Positions 52,279-60,900 of a stretch of 64,000 nucleotides of DNA are shown piece after piece (within the stretch, counting starts at the first letter, position 1; each line of letters opens with the position of its first letter). The stretch is from Candidatus Poriferisocius sp. (GTDB taxonomy: Bacteria > Actinomycetota > Acidimicrobiia > Acidimicrobiales > Bin134): NCBI GenBank assembly GCA_965221865.1, contig OZ244918.1, positions 1,702,816-1,766,815 on the forward strand. Reading direction: 5' to 3'. The notes below the pieces were generated by a model. The model was not told the origin of the DNA and did not search any database. It saw nothing but the letters and a program-made list of their open reading frames with translations. The position numbers were made by a program, and so were the translations under genes.

Positions 52279-52613
52279 CGAACCTCCTAATGCATCGATA
52301 ATTAGAATATATATGTATTATACTTGAAATAGTTTACAAAACTTGAAAACATTTGATTTTTACTTGTTTTGATGAAACATATTCTATAAGCTGCTATCAC
52401 CCTCTAAAACAATGACTGCTTAAACTCTTGCTGTGGGAAATGGGCTGGGCAACTTCTCTCCTCATCCCCTCCCCAAACGTATCCTTCACAAAAAAGGGCG
52501 GTTGACTGTGTTTGCGCAACGCAGCCCACAGCTTGTTGGTGCTAATATGGTAGGGCACATGTCATCTAGCGTTGATGTTGTTATGAAGTGTTTTAAGCAT
52601 TTGGAGGAACTTT

Positions 52614-53456
52614 ATGTCTAATGTAGTGAGAGCCGCAGTTGTGCAGACTGCGTGGACAGGTGATCAAGAGTCCATGATGGAACTGCACGAAAAGTATTTG
52701 GCCGAGGCTGCGGCTGCGGGAACTCAGGTGATGTGCTTTCAAGAGTTGTTCAACGGCCCGTATTTCTGTCAAGTGCAAGAGGCGGACTATTACAGTTATG
52801 CAGAAGCTATTCCCGACGGTCCCACCACTAAGCGTTTTCAAGAACTAGCAGCTAAGCACAACATGGTTCTGGTTTTACCCATGTATGAACAAGAACAGCC
52901 TGGAGTGCTTTACAACACTGCTGCAGTAATCGACGCTGACGGTTCTTATCTGGGAAAATATCGTAAGGTACATATTCCCCATGTGAAAGGCTTTTTTGAG
53001 AAGTTCTATTTTCGCCCGGGCAACCTGGGGTTTCCAGTGTTTGACACCGCAATAGGTAAGGTTGGGGTGTACATCTGTTACGACCGTCATTTTCCTGAAG
53101 GATGGCGAGCTTTAGGTTTAGCCGGTGCACAGGTGGTGTTTAATCCGTCGGCAACTAGCAGAGGGTTGTCCTCATATTTGTGGAAATTGGAGCAGACATC
53201 TTCTGCGGCGGCCAATATGTACTTCGTGGGTGCCATTAACAGGGTGGGTATAGAAGAACTAGGAGACAACGATTTTTACGGCACTTCTTATTTCGCTAAC
53301 CCTCGTGGTGAGTTTGTGGATGATCCAGCGTCGGATCAACATGAGGAGTTGGTGATCCGCGACTTAGATTTTGCGTTGATTACACAGATACGTAATCAGT
53401 GGGCTTTTTATCGAGATCGCCGTCCCGATATGTACGGGCCGCTTGCTCACGCTTAG
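52614..53456 (+). CDS. Carbon-nitrogen hydrolase, beta-ureidopropionase-like
   Basis: Nitrilase-superfamily E-K-C triad context (FQELF, YRKVHIP, ICYDRHFPE). Assignment supported by its neighbours in the pyrimidine pathway. Confidence 0.75.
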   Translation: MSNVVRAAVVQTAWTGDQESMMELHEKYLAEAAAAGTQVMCFQELFNGPYFCQVQEADYYSYAEAIPDGPTTKRFQELAAKHNMVLVLPMYEQEQPGVLYNTAAVIDADGSYLGKYRKVHIPHVKGFFEKFYFRPGNLGFPVFDTAIGKVGVYICYDRHFPEGWRALGLAGAQVVFNPSATSRGLSSYLWKLEQTSSAAANMYFVGAINRVGIEELGDNDFYGTSYFANPRGEFVDDPASDQHEELVIRDLDFALITQIRNQWAFYRDRRPDMYGPLAHA

Positions 53457-53516
53457 AGCACAAAACATGCCCAGGGGGGAAGCTAAACAAGGTCAAATGT
53501 TCACAGGGCAGAGCAA

Positions 53517-54824
53517 ATGACCACAAACGCAGAACTGTATAAGCGTTATCGAGCCGTGTTGCCTTCTTATGTGAAACCGCTTTACACCGAACCTATTAGC
53601 ATCCACCGTGGCCAGGGCAGCTATGTGTGGGATGTGGAAGGTAACCGCTATTTAGATTTTTTTGGTGGCGTGCTTACCACAATGGTGGGCCACAACAACC
53701 CAGCAGTTACAGCTGCCATACAGAATCAAGCATCCAAGGTGCTTCACACCTCCACGTTGTATTTGTGTGAACCCATGATCCAGCTAGCCGAAGAGATAGC
53801 AGCAGTTAGCGGCATAGATGATGCGCGAGTGTTTTTTACTACCTCAGGTAGCGAAGCCAACGATACCGCTATTTTGTTAGCTACTAGCTACAGAAAATCA
53901 AATGAAGTGTTGGCTATGCGTAACAGTTATCACGGCCGCTCCTTTACGACTCAGGCCATTACAGCGCACTCTTCTTGGACGTCTACTGCACTGTCTGGGC
54001 TGTCGGTGCATTTTGTGCATGGTGCCTATCGGTTGCGTAGTCCGTTTCGCGATTTAGATGACGAAGAGCTAACCGCAGCTTGTACTGAGGATCTGCGTCA
54101 AGTTCTAGACATGATGACCACAGGATCGCCAGCTTGTTTTATTGCTGAACCCATTCAAGGTGTTGGTGGGTTTACTACCCCACCTGATGGTTTTTTTACG
54201 CCTATGCATAAGCTTTTGTCCAAACACGAGACATTGTTTGTAACAGATGAGGTGCAAACTGGTTGGGGGCGAACTGGCGAGCATTTTTGGGGCTACCAAG
54301 CCCACAACATAATTCCCGACATGTTGACTTTTGCCAAAGGCGTGGGTAATGGCATTACTCTGGCAGGGATCGTAGCTAGAGCCGAGATAATGGATACGAT
54401 CAAGGCGCTGAGCTTCTCCACCTTTGGCGGCAATCCACTGTCGGCAGCAGCTGGTTTAGCTACTTTGCGGTATGTGCAGGAAAATAATTTGCAACAAAAT
54501 GCTTCTACGATGGGCCGCCGCATGGTCGATGCTCTGAGGCCAGCTGCACAAAGAGCGCCATGGATTGCAGAGTTGCGGGGTAAGGGTCTTATGTGGGCTT
54601 TAGAGATCGTAGTGCCAGATACGATTGAGCCTGATGCAGTTCGCGCCGGTGACCTTTTGGAAGGTTGTAAGCGGCGTGGACTCTTGGTGGGTAAGGGTGG
54701 GTTGTATGGCAATGTTTTGCGTATCACGCCCATGCTGGATGTAACTGCAGCAGAAATTGATGAGGGTGTGGCAGCCATTTGCGAGACCATCGAAGAGATA
54801 GAAGAGATAGATAGGAAGGTGTAG
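53517..54824 (+). CDS. Class-III PLP aminotransferase (beta-alanine/omega-amino acid type)
   Basis: GSEANDTA, DEVQTGWGRTG, TFAKGVGNG. Confidence 0.8.
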   Translation: MTTNAELYKRYRAVLPSYVKPLYTEPISIHRGQGSYVWDVEGNRYLDFFGGVLTTMVGHNNPAVTAAIQNQASKVLHTSTLYLCEPMIQLAEEIAAVSGIDDARVFFTTSGSEANDTAILLATSYRKSNEVLAMRNSYHGRSFTTQAITAHSSWTSTALSGLSVHFVHGAYRLRSPFRDLDDEELTAACTEDLRQVLDMMTTGSPACFIAEPIQGVGGFTTPPDGFFTPMHKLLSKHETLFVTDEVQTGWGRTGEHFWGYQAHNIIPDMLTFAKGVGNGITLAGIVARAEIMDTIKALSFSTFGGNPLSAAAGLATLRYVQENNLQQNASTMGRRMVDALRPAAQRAPWIAELRGKGLMWALEIVVPDTIEPDAVRAGDLLEGCKRRGLLVGKGGLYGNVLRITPMLDVTAAEIDEGVAAICETIEEIEEIDRKV

Positions 54825-54828
54825 CGCT

Positions 54829-56238
54829 GTGACTAAGTTTATTAAAGGTGGAACTGTCGTAAGCCCCACTGGAGCCGATCCTGTGGAGGTGCTGATTGAC
54901 GGCGAGACTATCGCCGCTGTGTTGCAACCAGGTTCAGATGTAGCTTTAGCAGCCGAAAACGGGGCTGATCAGATACTAGACGCTACAGGAAAGCTGGTTG
55001 TGCCCGGTGGCGTAGATGTGCATACTCATATGGAGTTGCCGTTTGGTGGCACTGTTGCGTCAGACGATTTTGAATCAGGAACTCGCGCTGCTGCTTGGGG
55101 TGGCACTACCACTATTGTAGATTTTGCTACGCAAAGCTACGGCTTAGACGTGCGCGAGTGTTTTGAGGCTCGTATGGCTCAAGCCGAAGGGCGCTGTGCC
55201 ATTGATTATGGCTTCCATATGATTATTGGTGATGTTACCGATGTTGCTCTTGGTGAGATGGACCTTTTAGTTAATGAAGGCGTGAGCAGCTTCAAACTGT
55301 TTATGGCGTATCCAGGCGTGTTTTACAGTGATGACGGCCAGATTTTGCGGGCTATGCAGCAGTGCGCCAGCAATGGTGGTTTGATGATGATGCATGCTGA
55401 AAATGGTATAGCCATTGATGTGCTAGCCGAACAAGCTTTTGAACGAGGTGAGACCGACCCTGTTAACCATGGGTATGTGCGTCGAGCCGAGTTTGAGTCG
55501 GAGGCAACCCATCGTGCTATTCAGCTAGCTAAGGTGGGTGCAGCCCCGCTGTACATCGTTCACCTGTCTGCTAAGCAAGCCTTAGAGCAGGTAGCCATTG
55601 CTCGCAATAACGGTGCCAATGTTTTTGCAGAGACCTGCCCACAATACTTGTATTTCAGTTTGGAGGAACACCTAGATCAAGGTTGGGATGGTGCCGCCTA
55701 CGTTTGTTCCACGCCTATCCGTTCTCATCACCATCACCATCAAGATGAGTTGTGGAAGGGTTTGCGAACTAACGATTTGGCGGTTGTGTCAACCGACCAT
55801 TGCCCGTTTTGCATGAAGGAGCAAAAAGAGTTGGGTGTTGGCGATTTTCGGGCTATTCCTAATGGTATAGGTGGCGTAGAGCATCGCATGGATTTGATTT
55901 ATCAAGGTGTAGCTACAGGCGAGATTAGTGTTCCCCGTTGGGTGGAGTTGTGTTCAACAACGCCAGCTCGCATGATGGGTCTTTATCCTCGCAAGGGTAT
56001 TATCCAACCGGGATCAGATGCTGATTTGGTTATCTACGATCCACAAGCCTCTTGGACTATTAGCGTGGATAATCATCACATGAACATCGACCATTCCGCT
56101 TATGAGGGTATAGAGGTAAGTGGACATGTAGACACGGTGTTGTCTAGAGGGCGTGTGATAGTTGATAAGAATCAGTATTTTGGCCACATGAGTCACGGCC
56201 AGTATCAGCGCCGTGGTTTGAGCAGCTACTTGATCTAA
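54829..56238 (+). CDS. Dihydropyrimidinase / D-hydantoinase
   Basis: GGVDVHTHMELPFGG, FKLFMAY (carboxylated Lys), STDHCPF. Confidence 0.88.
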   Translation: MTKFIKGGTVVSPTGADPVEVLIDGETIAAVLQPGSDVALAAENGADQILDATGKLVVPGGVDVHTHMELPFGGTVASDDFESGTRAAAWGGTTTIVDFATQSYGLDVRECFEARMAQAEGRCAIDYGFHMIIGDVTDVALGEMDLLVNEGVSSFKLFMAYPGVFYSDDGQILRAMQQCASNGGLMMMHAENGIAIDVLAEQAFERGETDPVNHGYVRRAEFESEATHRAIQLAKVGAAPLYIVHLSAKQALEQVAIARNNGANVFAETCPQYLYFSLEEHLDQGWDGAAYVCSTPIRSHHHHHQDELWKGLRTNDLAVVSTDHCPFCMKEQKELGVGDFRAIPNGIGGVEHRMDLIYQGVATGEISVPRWVELCSTTPARMMGLYPRKGIIQPGSDADLVIYDPQASWTISVDNHHMNIDHSAYEGIEVSGHVDTVLSRGRVIVDKNQYFGHMSHGQYQRRGLSSYLI

Positions 56239-56277
56239 CGGCTGAGATATGTATTTCACACCCATGAGGAGTTAATA

Positions 56278-57765
56278 GTGCAGGAGATACACCATTTAAT
56301 TAACGCAAAGCAGGTTGCAGGCACATCAGGGCGTACATCTGCGGTTTTTAATCCTGCTACTGGCACACAAACCGGTGTTTTGTCGCTGGCAGCTAAAGAC
56401 GAGGTAGATTATGCGGTAGCAGCAGCACAGGCTGCTTTTACCGAGTGGCGTAAGGTGTCGGTGGCGCGCCGCATCACCTTAATGTTTAGTTTTCGTAATT
56501 TGGTGGTAGAACATACCGACAAGATAGCGGGCTTGCTTACTGCTGAGCATGGCAAGGTTAACGTAGATGCTTTGGGTGAGGTAGCTCGCGCTATTGAGAA
56601 CGTTGAGTATGCGTGTGGGGTAGCTGAGCATCTTAAAGGTAGCCACAATGAGACGGCATCTACTGGTGTAGATGTCTATACGGTGCGTCGCCCTTTGGGT
56701 GTTGTGGCTGGAATAACACCGTTTAATTTTCCGGCCATGGTGCCTTTATGGATGATTCCTAACGCTGTTGCTTGCGGTAATACTTTTGTGCTCAAACCTT
56801 CAGAGCGCGACCCGTCTGCTCCTATGTTCATAGCTGAGTTGTTTCAACAAGCTGGTTTCCCGCCTGGGGTATTGAATGTAGTTAACGGCGATAAGGTAGC
56901 CGTGGATCGGCTGTTAGAGCATGCAGATATCAAGGCGGTGAGCTTTGTTGGTTCTACCCCTATTGCTCGTTATGTGTACGAAACTGGCACTTCGCATGGA
57001 AAGCGGGTTCAAGCTCTAGGCGGCGCTAAAAATCATATGGTGGTGTTACCCGATGCTGATATTGATTTAGCTGCTGACTCAGCGGTTTCAGCTGCCTACG
57101 GATCAGCTGGGGAACGCTGCATGGCTATTTCTGTGGTGGCCGCAGTTGGGGATGTTGCCGATCCATTGGTTGATGCTATTAAAGTACGTATGGAGAAGCT
57201 GGTTATTGGCAGTGGCGTTGATCCCGCTTCGGATATGGGGCCGCTAATCACCCGGGAACATCGCGACAAGGTAGCGGGGTACATTGATTCTGCTGTGGTA
57301 CAAGGGGCAAATGTTGTGGTAGACGGTAGGCAAAGTCATTTTGAAGGAGACGGCTTCTTTCTTGGAGTGTCGTTGTTAGACAACGTAACTGCTGATATGG
57401 ATGCCTACCGCGATGAGATATTTGGCCCGGTGCTTTGTGTTGTGCGATGCGATACTTACGCTGAAGCTGTTGGGCTCATAGCAGACAATTCTTATGGTAA
57501 TGGTGCAGCTATCTTTACTCGAGATGGTGGAGCAGCTCGACGGTTTCAAGAAGATGCCGATGCTGGCATGGTGGGGATAAATGTACCTTTGCCAGTACCA
57601 GTGGGGTACCACTCTTTTGGTGGTTGGAAAGACTCCCTTTTTGGCGACACTACTATGTATGGACCTGAAGGAATTTCTTTCTACACCCGCCCTAAGGTGA
57701 TGACCACCCGTTGGCCCGACCCTGCTGAAAGTTCAGTAAACCTTGGTTTTCCCACTAATGCTTGA
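56278..57765 (+). CDS. mmsA: CoA-acylating methylmalonate/malonate-semialdehyde dehydrogenase
   Basis: FNFPAMVPLWM, VLKPSERDP, GERCMA. Confidence 0.88.
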   Translation: MQEIHHLINAKQVAGTSGRTSAVFNPATGTQTGVLSLAAKDEVDYAVAAAQAAFTEWRKVSVARRITLMFSFRNLVVEHTDKIAGLLTAEHGKVNVDALGEVARAIENVEYACGVAEHLKGSHNETASTGVDVYTVRRPLGVVAGITPFNFPAMVPLWMIPNAVACGNTFVLKPSERDPSAPMFIAELFQQAGFPPGVLNVVNGDKVAVDRLLEHADIKAVSFVGSTPIARYVYETGTSHGKRVQALGGAKNHMVVLPDADIDLAADSAVSAAYGSAGERCMAISVVAAVGDVADPLVDAIKVRMEKLVIGSGVDPASDMGPLITREHRDKVAGYIDSAVVQGANVVVDGRQSHFEGDGFFLGVSLLDNVTADMDAYRDEIFGPVLCVVRCDTYAEAVGLIADNSYGNGAAIFTRDGGAARRFQEDADAGMVGINVPLPVPVGYHSFGGWKDSLFGDTTMYGPEGISFYTRPKVMTTRWPDPAESSVNLGFPTNA

Positions 57766-57868
57766 CGGGACACACCTGTTCCCCGATATTTTGAGAGCAG
57801 ATTGTTTGGGTAATATAGTAAACGTTACGTCAAGCTACTATTGTTGGTGATTGTTGAAAGGATGAGGA

Positions 57869-58741
57869 ATGGCAAAAACTGAGACTATTCGTGCTCGAGT
57901 TGAGCCAGAGCTTAAACAAAAGGCCGACAAGGCACTAGCTGAACTTGGTGTTACAGCTACCGATGCCATTACACGAATGTATGAAGAGGTTGTGTCCACA
58001 GGGGCGTTACCGTTTGCCGATGATGCAACAACCACAGCTAATCCGAATAAACAAATCGCAAACCCTAAAGAACCGGTAGAAGGGCAAACTGTTGTAGCTA
58101 CATCTCAACGCCCACCTACAGAGGCGAGTCGTTCCGAAGGTTATCACGATAAGGTTTCAGGGGAACAGCAGCGTCAAGGCACACCTAAAAACGATATACC
58201 TAAAGAAGAACTACCTACTTCTAGTTCACGGGAGGGAACGGTTTCGCTAGGCGGTTTTTCGCCTGACGCGAGGATAAAGCCTGCAACTATTTTTATTATT
58301 TTGGGGTCTTTGGCTTTTGCAGCCTTGTTTGCGGTCTTTTTGTATCTTCTTGTCGCAGAGCGTTCTCACACTCATGATGAGTACGCCGAACACACCCATG
58401 CGCATGATGAGTATGCCAGTCACACGCATGCGCATGATGAGTACGCTGAGCACACTCATGATGAGTACGCCGAACATACCCATACCCACGATGAATATGC
58501 TGAACATACCCATGTGGTGAGCCCTTATGGTTATGGCCTAAACAGCCAGCCTCAGTACCCGGTGCCTCCTGTTTATGGGACTATTCCTGCACCTGCTCCA
58601 TTTTGGCCTGCTCCAGAGCTTTATTCACAACCCAATTCTGGAGCAGAAATGTATTACTGTCCTAATGGAGAGCATTATTCATTTCAAGCATCTCCAGACT
58701 GCGTTTATAGGGGAACATATTACAATAGACCTTTTGGATAA
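57869..58741 (+). CDS. DinJ/RelB-like RHH domain fused to a TM helix and a His-rich repeat region
   Basis: N-terminus TIRARVEPELKQKADKALAELGVTATDAITRMY..V...GALPF resembles DinJ. TM is ATIFIILGSLAFAALFAVFLYLLVA. Five HTH(A)HDEYAE repeats lie at 58367-58513. Confidence 0.6.
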   Translation: MAKTETIRARVEPELKQKADKALAELGVTATDAITRMYEEVVSTGALPFADDATTTANPNKQIANPKEPVEGQTVVATSQRPPTEASRSEGYHDKVSGEQQRQGTPKNDIPKEELPTSSSREGTVSLGGFSPDARIKPATIFIILGSLAFAALFAVFLYLLVAERSHTHDEYAEHTHAHDEYASHTHAHDEYAEHTHDEYAEHTHTHDEYAEHTHVVSPYGYGLNSQPQYPVPPVYGTIPAPAPFWPAPELYSQPNSGAEMYYCPNGEHYSFQASPDCVYRGTYYNRPFG

Positions 58742-58756
58742 AGGCTAGAAAATCAG

Positions 58757-60900
58757 CGGTGGTTGGGTGGGGTTAGAGTTTTATGTAGGTGTCGGGGTTT
58801 TGGGTGTGTTTTTGCTTTGGGGAACAGATTTTTCGTGTTGTTGATAATTGGGGAACAGATTTTGTTTGTTTGTTTTTATCTGGGTTTTTAGCTTGTTTGT
58901 AAGGGTTTTCTAGTTTTTGTTGTTCCTCGTGGTTTGTTTTCCGTTATCTGTGTGTGTTGGTTGTTTGTTTTTGTAGTTTGTGGGGGTTTGGTGTTTGTTG
59001 GAGGGTAGCTGCTGGGGGTGGTGGGGTTTTGGTGGGGGTGTGGTTGGTTTTTTATTGTTTGTTGATTTTTGTATAGTATATGAATTATGAGTGGTTTGTT
59101 GTTTTGTTTGTTGAGGGGGGGTTTGTGTTTTGATTCTTTGGTGTGCGGGGGGGGGGGCTGGGTTTGTTGTTTGGGGTTGTGTGTGTGGGTTGAGGTGGGG
59201 TTGTGATGTTGGTGGGGGGTTTTTGTTTTAGGGTTGTTTGTGGTTTGGTGGTTGTGTTGGGTTTGTTTGTTTCGGGTTTGGGTGTTGGTGGTGGTGTGGT
59301 TGCGGAGGGGGGTGGTTTTGTGGGGGTGGGTGTGGGGGGTTCTGGTGTTGTTGTGGGGGTGGGTGATGTTGGTGTTGGTGGGGTTTTGGGTGTTGGGGGT
59401 GGGTCTGATTTGTTTTGGGGTTTGGATGGTTTGGAGGGTTTGGAGGGTGTTGGGGGTGGTGTTGGTGTGGTTGGGGGTCGTGTGGGTGGTGGGTTGTTGT
59501 TTGGTGGGGATGGTTTTTTGGATTTGGGTGTGGGTGTGGGTGGGGGTGGGGGTTTTGGTTTTGAGGGGTGTGGGTCTGGGGAATCTGGTGTGGTTGAGGG
59601 TGTTGTTGAGGAGCTTATGTCAGATACTGTTGTGGCGGATAGTGGGTGTGGGTGGTCTGTTGGTTTGTGGGTGAAGCGGGTTGGTGGGGTTGTTGGTGGG
59701 TCTGTGTTGTTGGGGTCTTTGGAGGGTGGGGATTCTTTGTTGTTGGAGGGTGTTGGGGGTCGTGTGGGTGTGGGGCGGTTGGGTGGTGTGGTTCGTAGTT
59801 TTGGGTTTGGTACGCCGTTGGGTGAGTGGGTTTATTTGGTGTTTGTGGGGTCGTCGGGTGGTGTGGGTTTGTTTGTGGATGGGGTGTTGGTGGGTTGGGT
59901 TGGTGGGGGTGTTGGGTTGTCTTTGGGTGTTTTGGGTGGTGGTGTTGGTGGTGTTGGGGGTGTGAGGGCTGTTTTGGATGATTTGCGGGTGTGGGGTCGT
60001 GTGTTGTCTGCGGGTGAGGTGGCGGGGGTGTTTGGGGGGTTTGAGCCGTTGTTGGTGCCTGGTGTTGTTGAGGGTTTGGTTGGGGCTGATGTTGGTGTTG
60101 GGAGTGTTGGGTTGGGGTGGTTAGCGCCTGTTGGTGGTGGTGGGGTTGAGGGGTTTGAGGTGCGTTGGCGTGAGGAGGGTTCGGGTGTGTGGTTGGGTGA
60201 GGGTGTGGTTGAGGTGTCGGCTCAGGGGAAGGGGGAAGAGGGGTATGGTTTTGTGGCCGATGGGTTGGGTGTTGGGGTGGCATATGAGTTTTGGGTGCGT
60301 GCTGTTAATGGTGTGGGTGGTGGTGGTTGGGTTTCTGTTCGGTTTGTTGCGGGTGTTTCGGGGGTGGCTGATGTTGTGAGCGGGTTGAGGGTGTCTTCTG
60401 AGCCGGGTGGGTTTAGGGTTTCGTGGGGTAGGCCTGTTGATGCGGGTGGTTTTGATGTGTCGGGGTTTGAGGTGCGTTACCGGCGTGGTGGTGGTGGTGG
60501 TTGGGTGTCTGAGTTTGTGGGTGACACAGAGCGGGGGTTGGTGGTGGATGGTTTGGTTGTTGGTGGTGCCTATGAGGTGCAGGTGCGGGTTTTGACTGGG
60601 TTTGGTGCGGGTTTGTGGGTGTCTGGGAGGGTTGTTGTGGGTCGTGAAGGTGTTCCGGGTGTTCCGGGTGGGTTGTTGGTTGATGTTGGGGCAGATGGGG
60701 TGGTGTTGTTGTGGGATGCGCCTGTTAGTGATGGTGGTGTTGGGGTTGATGGTTATGAGGTTCGGTATAGGCGGGGCGGGTTTTGGTCTGAGCCTGTTGG
60801 TTTAGAGTCTTGGGTGCGGGGTTATGAGTTTTCGGGTTTGGTGCGTGGTGTGGATCATGTGTTGTTGGTGCGGGCTATAAATGAGCGTGGGCCGGGTTCT
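58757..60900 (+). other. G+T-saturated (A/C-depleted) tract
   Basis: For example, 59281-59400 has 4 A/C in 120 nt. The tract covers 450 nt of non-coding DNA and the first 1.7 kb of giant gene 2. Confidence 0.9.
59147..59157 (+). repeat. Homopolymeric G11 tract 49 nt upstream of the giant gene 2 ATG (plus G7 at 59115-59121)
   Basis: Counted directly. Confidence 0.95.

Noticed and set aside
59234-60805. Series of frame-2 + strand ORFs (59234-59674, 59681-59965, 60131-60379, 60407-60595, 60602-60805) and a 222-aa minus-strand ORF (59615-60283) rich in P/H/Q/T
   Set aside because: All stop codons contain A (T on the antisense strand), so any frame stays open in an A-depleted tract. These ORFs give only G/V/L/W/C or P/H/Q/T low-complexity strings. 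Frame 1 gives recognisable LamG and FN3 domains and continues for 4.8 kb.
58757-60900. G+T tract as a pure sequencing or assembly artefact or synthetic junk
   Set aside because: This cannot be excluded without reads. It is unlikely, because one frame retains ordered, recognisable domains with conserved Trp/Tyr/Asp/Glu positions. The same phenomenon also appears in several independent loci, with consistent polarity and paralogue-supported directionality.
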